Assembly: GCA_025594325.1 (NCBI GenBank)
Contig: JANHCV010000007.1
Coordinates: forward strand, 1,550,001 to 1,614,000
Reading direction: 5' to 3'
Length of the DNA: 64,000 nucleotides
DNA from: Blastocladiella emersonii ATCC 22665
Taxonomy: Eukaryota > Fungi > Blastocladiomycota
A program made the position numbers and the translations under genes. This document shows positions 24,014-36,830 of this stretch, one piece after another. The stretch's first letter is position 1. Every line of letters begins with the position of its first letter. The notes below the pieces were generated by a model that was not told the DNA's origin, did not search any database, and worked only from the letters and a program-made list of their open reading frames with translations.

Positions 24014-24790
24014 GGCCGAAGACTTTTGGTGAGCGGGGGAGCAAGGCCGAATGAGGTCGTTTGAGGGCGCGAGCGGCATCGACAGCCTCAACGGCGAAAG
24101 CGCCACTCACGTTTTCTGATCATTCTCTCGATCAGGTTCGCGACCAGGCGGCTCGCAGGAACCGTTCCAAAGAGCGACCCGCCGAGATATGACAGGGTAC
24201 GTGCCTGATTCGAAGCAAGACAGGCCGTTATTGACGCTCGCAGCGCGTCCACACCCCCCTCCGACCTCCTGGACAGCGTTCAGCTTTCAGTCGTGACGGA
24301 CTAGTTCTTGCGAGGAGGCAGCATGGCAGTAGAATAAGGATGCAATGGATTGTAGGGAAGGGACTATGGACAATATCGACGCAAACGTGCGACATCTAGT
24401 TGTAGCGCAGGTGAGCGAGCGCGATATGGGCGACCAACGCACGCGCGCGCCTTAGCAGCAGCAGGAGCCGTGGTTGATGGGCAGGGTCGTGACGTCGCAG
24501 TCGTTGCTGGTGTTGTTGATCGGCATGATGTGGAAGTCGCTACTGCTGCTGCTGCTGCTGCAGTCGCCTGAGGGACCCCACGTGGCCAGGTTGCCGCTGA
24601 CAAAGCCGTCGGCCGAGTTGTGGCCCTGGAACTGGGTCTGCGACTGCGACTGCGACTGCGACTGGAACGCGTCGCCGTGGCCGTTGGACCACTGGCCCTG
24701 CAACTGCGACTGGTGCTGGTGCTGCGCGTCATCGCCGTGGCCGTTGCCCCACTGGGTCTGCGTCTGCGACTGGGACTGGGACTGGGACGG
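23145..24790 (-). repeat. Inverted duplication, left copy (partner about 52459-54102)
   Basis: Reverse complement matches 52.46-54.10 kb; the ORF track gives identical 298-aa, 122-aa and other translations in both copies. Confidence 0.95.
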
Positions 24791-25123
24791 CTGCTGCGCG
24801 CCGTTGCCACCCCACTGGGTCTGCGTCTGCGACTGAGCCTGTTCGACCGAGTGGTGGTTGCCCCAGTTGCCCTGGAACTGCGACTGCGACTGCTGCTGGG
24901 CGCCGTTACCGCCAAACTGCGTCTGCGACTGGAACTGCGACTGGTCGAGCGAGTGGTGGCCCTGGAACTGAGACTGCGACTGGGACTGGGACTGCACAGC
25001 GTCGCCGCCAAACTGGGTCTGCGACTGGGACTGCTGCTGGGCGCCGTGGCCGCTGCCGAACTGCATCTGCGACTGCGACTGGGTCTGGACGGCGGGGACG
25101 TGAATGGGAGCGCAGAAGGTCAT
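24452..25123 (-). CDS. Gln/Ser/Gly-rich repeat protein, 223 aa, candidate functional amyloid
   Basis: About nine repeats of (QS/QT)n-Q-[FWL] followed by G/N/H turns; ends in GSCCC; no signal peptide; host-like codons. Confidence 0.75.
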   Translation of the reverse strand: MTFCAPIHVPAVQTQSQSQMQFGSGHGAQQQSQSQTQFGGDAVQSQSQSQSQFQGHHSLDQSQFQSQTQFGGNGAQQQSQSQFQGNWGNHHSVEQAQSQTQTQWGGNGAQQPSQSQSQSQTQTQWGNGHGDDAQHQHQSQLQGQWSNGHGDAFQSQSQSQSQTQFQGHNSADGFVSGNLATWGPSGDCSSSSSSSDFHIMPINNTSNDCDVTTLPINHGSCCC

Positions 25124-26779
25124 CTTTGCGGTGATTGAGAGATTAGTGGGTGGTTGAGACTGCTGAGTGTGCTGATCAGCTGGAAGAGAGGCCGGGGGCC
25201 CGCCATGCTCTTATACTCTCGCGATCGCCCGACAATCCCCGACTCAAGGCCGAGCAGAAGTGGAGACGCGTGGCTAAAAATGGTCGCCATGACCGCCGCG
25301 TTTCAGCAACAGCGGCGCCGCAAGGCGCGCGCAGCGGTTCACGGTTCGCTCAGCTTCGCCCCGCTCGTGTGGACTCGCTGCGGATGCGCAGCGGCTCACG
25401 GCTCGCCCAAGTTCCCGCAGCTTCAAGTCGCCGCCGAACAGCCGAGTAGCAAGAGCAGATCGATACCGCCCGTTTCAATTCAGTGGGCGATTCCCTCGGG
25501 ACTGTGGCGCAAACCACGGCCGTGATCCATCAGATTCCATTGCAGGGAGTGTATCGCTTCATGGTTGCGGTCGAGTGAGGGCGCAAGAGAGCGGCGGTGG
25601 CGTTCGCTCGCTCGGGAAGGCCAAGACTGAGCGATCAGCGCTGTCTCGCGCCGCTCACGTGTTTGTTCGACGCGTCTCCGCTTCTCCACGTTCTTGCACG
25701 GTCGAGGCACGAGACAGGAGTGATAGAGGAAACGAACGGGATGTAGTTTATTCACACAGATCACGGCCAACTGGCGCCGCGGCTCGGTTGCACGCGTCGT
25801 CATGCACGCTTGAGCCCGCCCCGTTTGGCCAACATGCCGACGCGTCCACGCTGCTATGCGAGTAAAGATTCATGTCGAGGAGATGAAACCGAGGAGAGAA
25901 ATGGGTCCCGATCAATGGGAACTGCAACACCGCCGCCACAATGCACCACTACTTGGGATGCACCACTACTCGGGATGCACCAAAGGTCGCTGCCCCGTTC
26001 ACCCCGAACGCGGCAAAACCACCCCACAACCCAGCTCCATCCAGCCTGCCCCCTCGAGGTTGACACCGACCCCAGACGACCAACAGAGAGAGTCCCGTAC
26101 CCGCAGCGGTGACGACACCAGCGGTCCGGCTACTTGCTAGGCAAGGTCACTGCGCGGGACGGGTGATGCAACACATGCGTCAAGGACTCTTCGCGGCGCG
26201 ATACAGGAGACAATGACGATTCGGAGGGACAGCGGAAAAAAAGGGAGCGGTTGGGTATGCAACCACGTAGACTGGACAATGGGTGCGCACAAGAGGTGAA
26301 GAGGGCAGCAGCTGACAGTGAGAGCGGCACACCCTGGATGCACCCGTTTTGCACGCCGCAGGTAGGCTGGTACAAATGGGTTGGCTTCCTGGACGGGATG
26401 CGAGGGAAACATCAAGGGGAGGTGGTCGACGGGGATATGAGGCGGATCGCGTTGCGATGCAGGAGCAGTACAGGGCGGCGATGGGCACGCGCCACGTCGA
26501 TGCGCGAGCGGACCGACGTGTATAAAACAGGCAATGTCAGACGAGACGAGCAGCGTGTCGAATCTGCAGATTACCATGGTCAAGATGCAAAGCGTGCGCG
26601 GGGTGAATGTTCTTGCGTGTAGTAGCAGCGAGATTGTGTCAAGGGTCTGTTTGGGAGACGAGCAAGCAAAGAGTCAGCGAGTAACACTCGGGATGCGGGT
26701 TGGGGAGGATTTGGACCAAGTCCCAGAGAAGTCAACAAGCTTAGGTACCCGACGGCCCGCCTCAAGCGCGGGTACTTGA

Positions 26780-29110
26780 GCCGCACAAGAACATGTGGCG
26801 CTGTTGAGGACCTGGTTGGCCGCGGTGGTGGTGGTGGTGGTGGTGGTGGTGGTGGTTGGTCTCTCGAGGTGGCGATGTGTACCAGAGTCCAACGGGACGG
26901 TGAAGCGGTCGTAGCTACACAAAGCGGCGGCGTGAGCACGCAACCAATCGACTGTGGTGTCAGCGGGGTGTACAAGCAGCGACAAACCCTTGATGATCAC
27001 TGCGGACCGCCGAGAGCGTCAAGTTGCGACTGCCGCTGATCAAGTGCGCGCGAGCGTGAAGGCGATCCGGCCGCTGCGTTGATGGCGAGCTGACTGTTGT
27101 GTCGATAGTAGTCGAGTTGGCTGGGCGCGTTGATTGACCCGTGACAGTGGCCACGAACATGAAGATGGTGAGGAGCTTCTTGAGCCGCGAGTGCTTGAGC
27201 CACAAGTTCACAACGTTGTGGTACTGGTCGACAATGTTGCGGTACTGGTTGTGTAGCAACTACGCAAAGCAGCTGTGTGAACACGCAACTGGTTGACTGC
27301 GGCGAGAGCAGAACGTACGAGTTTGGCCAGACTTGTGGTTGATGCTTCACGGCGACTACACAATGCACGAGTCAACTCCAAGGTTCCATTTGCAGGAGCA
27401 GACGTTGCAAAGTACCAAGAATGTACGCCCAGCTGGCGCCAGAATGCTCAGCAACCAGGTGCGCCGCGTTGGCAACGTGCTCCAGAGCCCGACATGATGT
27501 TGACGTTGCCAAACCGCCGCTGGATCCATGCAGACGCTGACCAGAACATGTCATGCGCGCGCAAGATGACGATTGTCGCTGTGGTGTGTGCGACTGGTCG
27601 CGTAGCGGCTACACAAGGCAAACGAGTGAGCACGCGATTGGCAAACCACGTTCAGATCAGGATATACAAGCGCTGAAGCCGGACTCCTTGACCACCGGAA
27701 ACCACGCAAAAGTTGAGCCATTGCTGCCGTCAATCAGGTGCGCAAGAGCGCGACGTCAAGCTGGTCCTTGATCCCAATGAGACGTTGAGGAGGAGGAAAC
27801 GCCGCCACTTGATTGATGCGGGTGCTGACAAGAAGAGGTTGCGCGTGCACACACGAGGCCTTGATGATGGTGTTGTGGTGGCGCGACGACTACACAAAGC
27901 AGCAATGTGAGCATGTAACCAGTCAACTGCGGCGACGGCGAAAACGTACAAATGCCAAGTAAATCCTTGATAATCGCCGCTGAGTGCCAAAAGCGTTGAG
28001 ACGTGCCTGCCGCCGATGAGGTTCCAGAGTGTGGTGGCGACCTGGCTGCTGCGTCAATGGCACGGCGGGGCGTTGCCGACCTTGGTCAGGCTTGTAGGTC
28101 GATTCGCTGGGGCGGCCATGGGCATGGAGGTGACGAGGAGCTTGTCAGGCGCAAGTAGGTGAGACGCAATTGCGCGTGAGGCAGTTGAGGACTTGGTTGG
28201 CCTTGGTAACGGTGGCGGATGGCGCTGCGTGGTGCACGTGCGGGCCGGAGCCCAATGGCAAGGATAAGAAGAAGCCAAGCAGCCGCGGGATTGATGCAGA
28301 CCAGAACATTGCGCACCTGTGTCCCTCTGGTCGTGCGGTGGCTACACAAGGCAAATGGGTGAGTGAACACGCAATTGGCAAGCTGCGCAAAGATGAGAAC
28401 GTACAATGGCTGAAGTTGAGCTCCTTGACCACCAGAAACCACACAAGTGTCAAGCTTCAGACGCCAGCAATCAGGTACGAAAAGACAGAATGGCAAGCGC
28501 AACGCGTCGTTGATGGCATGGTGGGGCGTGGCCAAGCTTGGCCAGGCTTGCGCGTTGGCCCTTCACAGTGGCCGCGAGAGCACGGAGATGACGAGGAGCG
28601 CCTTGATTGCGCACTTACTTGAGCAGCGAGTGCACATGTCGTTGGTGAACTTGCTTGACCTCAATGAAGGTGGTTGTGGTTGACGCCGCGCGTGTTGCCA
28701 CGCATACTTGAACCCAACGAAATGGTGAGGCCAAGCCGCCACTGGATTGACAACACGGTTGCAGCTGAGAGAACATGTCCCACGCATACGAGGCCGCGAT
28801 GGCGCCGTAGTAGTGCTGCGGCTACACGAGACACAAGTATGAGTATGCGTGGCCAGTTGGCTGCCCAGAAATCAGGCCCTATGAAGGCCAAACCAGAACT
28901 ACGTTGTTGCAGTGAACTGCACAAGCGTTGAGCCGCGGCTGCCATCAAGCAGGCGCGCAAGAACATGATGCCGCACCGGGCTTGTAGCCAAACATGGCCG
29001 GGCGAGTAGGTTGATCCGTCACCGCGGTCACAAGCATGACCTGGGCAAGTCAATCGTGAGGAGGAAAGGAGCGAGATGAGGAAGGTCGAGTGCTACACAA
29101 GAGTTACAAG
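26780..29110 (-). pseudogene. Tandem array of degenerate exon-intron modules, family unknown
   Basis: About seven recurrences of a ctac[a/g]c[a/g]a anchor (minus-strand TGTGTAG-type acceptor), several paired with GTACGT-like donors. Exon consensus is roughly LAHLIDGSRGSTLxxF...GF; many stops and frameshifts. Confidence 0.5.
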
Positions 29111-29339
29111 CGAATGACAGGAGGATAGCAAACAGGAGTCAGCAACACAATCATATTGTTGTTGCTGGTACGGGGAGGCGTTGCAACTGGGCCGTTTGAA
29201 GATGAGCACAATGGAGACAAAACAAGGCGTGACCGCGACCACCGACACTCATGACGGCCAAGGGGAAGAAACGAGAGAGATGAGAGCGAGCCTCAACCAA
29301 CGCGTCTCGCCGCCGCCAACATCATGAAACGCCATTTTG

Positions 29340-32300
29340 GCACTGGAACCAGGCTAGCCAATTGGAGCTCGCAGCAGACCTGATTGGACCTGCAACCTGA
29401 CCCGACTGGGCCTGGCTATACCCGACCGCGCCTGAGGTGACCCAATTCCTCATGGAAATAAATTAAATGGGGTCAGCCCCGGACTCGAAGACTTAGACAC
29501 GTAAATCAATGAGCTCAAATTCCACCTCAAGAATTAAATGATGGATTCGTGGCCCGAAACGCTCAATCAAGGAGGAAAGTGCTCCCTGAAAGGGAGCGCT
29601 ATCTGAGGAGAGACGGTGTAATAATGAGGAGAAGCGAACGAGCTCGAGATATATACAGGTACGCCAGCGCAAGAATTCTGAAATCATAGCGAACTGCAGC
29701 CGCGGAACAGAATGAACGCGTGCGAGTCCGCTTTGTGTAGTGCGGGCCGAGTATCAGGTTGAGGACGGCGACGATTGAGCTGATGTTGATGATTGCGCGG
29801 CCGCGCGCGGGGTTGGAGTTGACTCGCCCATCCGCATGCGCACGACGACGCCCGTCTCGCTGCAGCGGCGGTCGACCACGAGCGTGTCAGATCACGGCGA
29901 GCTCGCGCGCGCGACCGCCATCGTACCGGCACTTGACAAACTGCACCAGGTGGCCGATGCGGTGGGGATTCCGGCCGTCGTCGGTCACGGTCGTGCAGAG
30001 CACGCCATTGCGGGCCACGCGACCGTGTTACGACTTCTGCCGCGCGTGCGCGACCTGCTCGATCGGGCGCCAAAGCAGCGCCGCCCACGTCATGGCGATC
30101 TTGGCCTGCTTGATGACGCCCATGGTCACGTCGGGCAAAAAGTCGCGGTCGCCGTCGCGCGCTGTAGCCGCGGAGCCACACACGAGGAGAAACGGACAGC
30201 GACGAGATCGGGACGAGGCGGTGGTCGACGCGGCGCGCGCGAGGCGAGCACGTGCGAGTACACGTGGAAGATGGACGTGAGCAGGTCGGGGCGGAACACG
30301 GCCAGGTCGACGAGCGCGTGGGCAGCGAGCGGCGAGGTCTGTCGCCCCACTCCCCGTCGCCGCCGCCGTCGTTCGTCGCGCCACCCGACTCGCCAGACCG
30401 CCGCCGCCACTGGCGGGCCTGCCGAAATACACGTCGGCCTCGGGCTGCACGATCTCGAAATGCTAGTTCAGCTGCGGAGTCTCGAGCCACTCGTGCGTGA
30501 GCACGGGCAGGCGGACGAGGGCCACGAAGTCGGCGAAGGCGCGCATGATGGCGAGGAGCGACTCGACGACGGCGATGGTCTTCATGGTGCACAGGCCGAC
30601 GGCGACCACGTTGACAAACACCGGGCAGATCGTGGCCTCGACGGTGATGGACTCGGACCGCGAGCGGCGAAAGGGCGAGGAGAAGGGCAGCGCCGGCGAC
30701 GCGTAGTAGGTGAGCGTATGATGTTGTCGTGCTCGAGCCGCGGGTCCAGGTGCAGCTCGTCGCGGGACCCGAACGAGACCGTGACGGCGGCAGCGTGGTG
30801 CAGCGGGCGCGCCTACCCGGTCGCGAGCAAGCGGGCACGCAGGCCGAGCTCGAGCGAAGAGGTGGCGGCCGGCGGTAGTGGGTAAAGCTTCATGGGGCGC
30901 CGGCAACAGCGAGCGGGGGAGAGAGTGAGGGCAGCCCGCTCCGGGACTTCGCGTTTTCTCGAGCGGTAGAGCAGCAGAGGCCCTGTCGACGGGTCACGTG
31001 GGCCCCGGTGACGTCGGCGCACCTGCGTTTCGCTCGCGCCGATCGACGCCACCGGCTCGCCCTCACTTGAGCGCCCGCCCGCCACCCCGCGCACTAGCTC
31101 TTCCACCCGCCCTCACGCAGCACGACGCCCTGGCGATCCACCACCCGACCACCACCCGATCCCTGCCCATCTTCCTCACCATGGCGGACAGTGTCGCGCG
31201 TCCGTGACGCTCCGTCTCCTCCCCGTCGCGCTCGCGCTCGCGGTCCTCAAGTTCCCGCCCGGCCTCGCCGGCATCACCACGCTCGGCCACCGCCTCAAGA
31301 CCCTCGGCAACCATACGCTCGCTCTCCCCCACGGTTCTGGAAGCGTATGCGTCAGCCTGGCCGTCCTCGCGCTCCGTGAGCACCGCGCTGACAGCGCTGC
31401 ATCGTCCCGACACCGTCTAGGCTTTGATCGCGACGCGGCTTCTGCCCTAACGTGTGCGACAAGACCACGCTCTCGGGGCGTCCCCAGCGTGACCCGCGGC
31501 ATCGCCGCCCGCTCGTCCGGCTTTACACGTCGTCGACGTACGCGATACGCTTGCCCGCGGTGTCGCAACGCGTACTTCTCGACTGACCTCTCATCCCGCG
31601 ACTGCTAGGCACCATGCTCCCGTGGTTCGAGCACTTTTAGTACCACGTCATCTTCGACACGGACGGCGAGTTCGTGCCCGCCGCCGCCGACGTCGAGCTG
31701 GTGGTGCGCGTCCTTTATGAGGTCTGCGCCGTAGTCGACCGCATCTTCCGCATCTCGCACGCGCATGCGCGCCCAAGGGCTACCACCACGACACGTCCGT
31801 GTTCTACTCGGGCCGCACTCCGTGCCACGAGGACCACGCCGGCCGCCGTGACAAGATGATCGAGGCCGCTGGCGACGGGTTATCTAGTCGTGGACCCGAA
31901 ACCCCGAGATCGCGGTCGTGGAGAAGACGGCGACCTGCAAGAACAAGGTTGCGGCCGCCGAGTTCATGGCCAAGCTCAACAAGACCGTCCCCGTTCCGCC
32001 CTGCGGCTGCCCGCCCGACATCGAGTTCGAGACGCTGCGCGAGGCCGAGTTCCTCTCGCATGAGGTCGTCGTGTTCGACGCGAGAACGTCATGTTGCCAA
32101 GGTCGCGGGCCCCAGCGCGACGCCAAGTCGGAGGTCGCGGTCGCGGTCGTGGTCGCGGGCGCCCCTCAAGCGCACGCGCGAGCTGCGCGAGGAGTACGCG
32201 AATGGCCGGAGCAGGCGATCTGCGTTTGTTGGGTGATGCATTGAATTCGAGTGTCTTTCTCTGATCAATTTCTCTTTCTTTTCGATTTGCTAGCTGTATT

Positions 32301-32345
32301 TCGAGGAGCTGATTTTTTGCAGCGTGAAAAACGCGCTTAGTGCAG
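29340..32345. mobile_element. Degenerate two-gene DNA element, copy 1 (inverted relative to 32560-35448)
   Basis: Reverse-complement similarity to 32.7-35.4 kb along its length; two divergent spliced pseudogenes starting near 30893 (-) and 31181 (+). Confidence 0.6.
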
Positions 32346-32559
32346 GAAACCCGATTGGGTTGGTTGTGAGGCCGAGTTTCAATTGAACCTGGCGAGGTCC
32401 AATCGGGCCTCCGGGGTCCGATTGAACCTGCCCGTCCCGACTTGGATCAAGTTCCCAATTCACCTTTCCGACTGTCCCCCCAGGCCGAGGCCTGTGCCCG
32501 GGCGGTGTCATCATGTGAGCGGAGCCGGGGGGAAAACCCGCACCGCATCGCAGGGCGGA

Positions 32560-35448
32560 TACATCGTAGATTTCCCGCTGGTTAAATTGGCCGCTTCGGA
32601 CGGTTCGGACACGCGCTGTCCGATTAGGATGCTGAACTCAATTGGACAGATCTGTCCGATCGGACAGGTTCTGTCCGATTGGACACGCTCTGTCCGAAGC
32701 AGCAAAACGCATCTAAACGCGCTCCCGTTAAATGCGATTTTGGGGGTTCAGGAAATTCAAATGCAGCTCAAAAAAGATTGAAGCGAAAAAGAAAAGAGTT
32801 TGAAAACAAAGGACGTCAAATTCAGCCCGTAGGCCGCCCACTCTTCAACCCCCACCATCAGCTCCTCCTCCTCCTCGTACTTCTTGACCGCGGAGAACAG
32901 TCGCTTGAGCGACTCGACCACGACCACGACCACGAGGTCGTTGCTGAGCTCCTTGATCGACGGCACCGCCGCGGCGCGTTGCGCTTGGCCGAGGAAGTTG
33001 ACCTGGCGCTGCGTGTTGATCTGCGACTGGGACGAGTGCTCGTCGAGCGGGACCGCCGGGCACATCTTGTCGCGCTTGGCCGTGATCGTGTTGAGTGCCG
33101 CGCGCCGCGGCCTGGGTCCAGTTGGCCTGGTACTGCATGTGGAAGCGCTTGCGCTTGAGGTTGCGCGCGCCTTCGGGGGTGACGCGGCTGAGGTACTAGA
33201 CGTGCTCGAGCTTGAGCCACGGGAAGATGTTGCCTGGAAATCGCGGGGGCGAGAGGTCAGTGGGATAACTCGCGCGGCGACACCGTGAGCAAGCATGCCG
33301 CGTGCGTTGACTGCTTGGGAAGCCAAACAGGCGGGCGGCAACGTCGCGGATCACGCCGGGGGGCCCGCGAGCGTGAGCGCGGTCTTGTCGAGCACGATGG
33401 GGCGGAGGCCGCGTCACAAGCGAGGCCTAAACGACGTGGCGTTCGCTGTCAGCGCTATGCTCGCGGATCGCGAGGGCGAGCAGAGTGGCACATACGCCTC
33501 CAGAAACGAGCGACGCGAGTCCTTGGCGAAGGTCTTGAGGCCGTGGCCGAGCCAGATGTCGGCCGCGGAGCTGGGCGGCGAGGCGAGGAACGCGACAAGA
33601 TGAAGCGTCACGGACGCGCGACGAAGCCCACCATGGTGAGGAAGGTGGGTGTGGATCGGGTAGTGGTGGAGGAGTGGACCGCCGAGGCGGTGGGTCGGGC
33701 GGGTGGAAGAGCTAGTGCGCGGGGCGGCGGGCGGGCGCTCAAGTGAGGGCGAGCCGGTGGCGTCGATCGGCGCGAGCGAAACGCAGGTGCGCCGACGTCA
33801 CCGGGGCCCACGTGACCCGTCGACAGGGCCTCTGCTGCTCTACCGCTCGAGAAAACGCAAAGTCCCGGAGCGGGCTGCTCACACTCTCTCCCCCGCTCGC
33901 TGCCGCCGACGCCCCATGAAGCTTTATCCACCACCGCCGGCCGTCACCGCTTCGCTCGAGCTCGGCCTCCGTGCCCGCTTGCTCGCGACCGAGTAGGCGC
34001 GCCCGCCGCACCGCGCTGACGCCGTCACGGTCTCGATTGGGTCTCTTGACGAGCTGCACCTGGACCTGCTGCTCGAGCACAACACCATCATACACCCCGT
34101 CTCCCTGCCCGCCGACGGTTCGCCGCTTCCCACCCGCGAGGTAGCGTCGCCGCGGCGCGTGGCGCGCGACCCTGCAGAAGCTGCGCGCCGAGCACGACAC
34201 GCACGCGCTTGATCCACCGTCGCCCAACGGTCGCGCGGGTCGTCCATGGCGCGCAGCCCAACGACTGCGTGTCGTCGGCGCTGCTGTTCTCGTCCTTCTG
34301 CTGCTCGCGGTCCACGTCCGCCTTCATCGGGACTAAGACTACGGTGCACGCGCACGCCGCGCTCGTCGAGGTGCTCGCCGTCGGCTTGTTTGCCATGAAG
34401 GCCATCGCCGTCGTTCAGCCGCTCCTCACCCTCGTGTGCGCTTTCATCGACTTCGTGGCCCTCGTCCGCCTGCCCGCGCACTCGCACGGGGCGCGTGAAC
34501 CCTCCCACAACGCGCTCCGCGAGCTGCACGAGTACCCCGAGATCGTGCAGGGCGAGATCGACAAGTACCACGGCAAGCCCGCTTCTGGCGGCCGTGGCAG
34601 CGGCGAATCGGACGGTGCGGCAGCGGCGAATCGGGCGGTGCGGCCGACGGCGGCGGCGGCGACAAGGAGCAGGTCGGCGAATCTTGTCGCCCCATGCCGA
34701 CGCGCTTCATGGCCTGTGTAGTACATCGCGTTTCCGCCCCGACCTGCTCGCGTCGACTCGCCGCGAGTACTTGCGGGTGCTCACGTCGCGCGTACCTTGT
34801 CGTCCCTCGCCGCGCGCGGCCTCGTCACTGTCCAGTTCTCCCTGTGTGTCGACGCATCGACCACAAGCTCGCCCAAGGGTCTCTAGTCCGCCGGCGGCGG
34901 GTCGGGCCCGACCCACACCGCCGCCCGGCCGCTCGTGGCCAAGGCGGGCTTCCTGCCCAAGCAGCCTTGCTCGCGGATCACGCGCCGCATGCGCGGCTCC
35001 TCTCGGACGGCGGAGTCTCCACGCTGGTGTCGCTGTATATATTTTTCGAGCGCGTTGCATTCTTGATCCTCTCACTTCCTGCTGGTTCGCGTCAATTTTC
35101 TCCTCGCGCGAGTTAGCTCTCTATTTCGACTTGGCCGGGCAGCGGGCCAGCGGATTCGAGGTCCTGGCATTTAATTTGAGGGTCGATTCCTTGCGGTTAC
35201 GGCTTTCCAAAGGCGGGGGATCGACTTCTCTTCGTTAAGTTGGGATGTGAGGCATCTGCCAGCAAGTGTGCTCGAAGCGATTCATTTTCCCAAGTTGAGA
35301 TTTCGAGCCCACGAGGGGCCAGGCAATTTTTATTCGGGGGTGGGGTCGGCCCATTTAATTTTTAAGCTGTCCAATCGGCCCGCAAGCGTGTCCGAAGAAG
35401 CCAAACGGGGCCGCCCTGTCCAACCACCGAGGCCACTTCTACGATGTA
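32560..35448. mobile_element. Degenerate two-gene DNA element, copy 2, with imperfect TIRs
   Basis: TACATCGTAGA (32560-32570) and TCTACGATGTA (35438-35448) are inverted. Both ends share TTCGGACACGC and CCGATTGG motifs, and TGTCCGA repeats cluster at 32615-32700. Confidence 0.65.
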
Positions 35449-36830
35449 GGCTCACGTGGTGGCGTTTCAGCCACACAGTGGGGGCGGTCGAAAAGGTCTA
35501 TTGGGCGGCAGTGGTCCAGCCACCTCAACCACCCCATTTGGGTCAGCCAGAAATGTACGATGGACGCTCAGGATGAGAGGAGGTGAAGGGATGAGAGCGT
35601 CGACCACAGACTTGTCATGCCGCTGCTGACGCTCAGGGTTGGGAAAGAGAGGGAGGAGGGGATCCGTTGTCAAGATAAGCTTGAAAGTTCCCCATACCGT
35701 TCATCTTCATGCGCGCGCACACACACGGGCAGCGAGCGAGGCAAGGTGATGGTTGATACATGGTGTTGTGCGGGAGGTTGCTTGACCCAGATCGGATCGT
35801 GGGGGCTGGTCATAGTCAATGCGCGCGCGCCGTCAAGTACTGGTGGTTGCAGGGAGTATGGAGGGCGCAAGCGCGAACTTTGGAGAGCGAGGGTAGGCCC
35901 GCGGGAGCGCGAGCGTGTGGCGGCAGCGGTGGTGCACAGGCGGGACAGCAAGACGCGCATCGCGACGAGTCTGGATCAGAGTGGTAGGCCAGTACGTGAA
36001 ACTACATTTTCGAGTGGAACATAACGTAGCAACGCCGCCGGGAACGAGTTGCGGCGCGAGACCCGCCGTGCCCGCGCGCGAAATTGTCTCGCGCTGTGCC
36101 TCGTGGCTCATCAAGGGTGGCAAAAACGTCCACGTGCGCTCGCTCGCTCGCTCGCGGAGACCATTGTCGATTGCAGCAGGAGGCCAAACGTGGCGGTGGG
36201 GGACGCGTCTTGAAACTGGAGACTGCCACGGGTCGCCAACCGCGTGATTGGCCAGGTAATTCTCAGCTGTAGCTTTAGCGAAGCTGAGTTTCTGTGGGAG
36301 CAATTGAAACCTATCAGGCACATCAACCTTGCTCTTGTGGTCACATGAGTGGCTCAGTGACCGTTTTCGATTTTTGTCGCGCAACGAGTTCCGTTGTTTT
36401 TCGCTTTCACTTCATTCCGACCCCTGCAACGTAAATCTGGACTGTGCTTTGCCTAGTCCCCAACAGTTCGAGGCTGTTCACTTCGAGGGGAGCGAGGTCC
36501 TGTGCAGCGGTTCCCGTGCGCAGGCGCAACAAGACGGACCTCGCTTGAAACTGACTGTTCAGCATCACGTGACCTGACATCAATCCTGTCTGGCTGCATT
36601 TTCGCGCCCTTGGAAGCTCTCCCACTCCACGCCCGCTCGCTCGCGCTTGCCGCTGCTCGTTGACGCTCTTTGAGACCTCCTGTGCTGACCAGCTCTTTAC
36701 CCGCCACTCCTACCCCATGCAGCGCTTAATACTTCGCGATCCGGCGTCTGCCTGGCCGCCATGCGGCCACATATAAAGGCGCGCGGGCCGCCGCTGACAG
36801 TCCTTGCTCTCCTCTACCACTCGCAACACC

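Noticed and set aside
25941-25982. 17-bp unit x2.5 (atgcaccactactYggg) as a CRISPR-like array
   Set aside because: No spacers and no cas genes; a simple local tandem duplication in a eukaryote.
26823-26854. (GGT)n run and G homopolymers at 266-278, 50322-50343 and about 57889-57904
   Set aside because: Ordinary microsatellites; not telomeric arrays.
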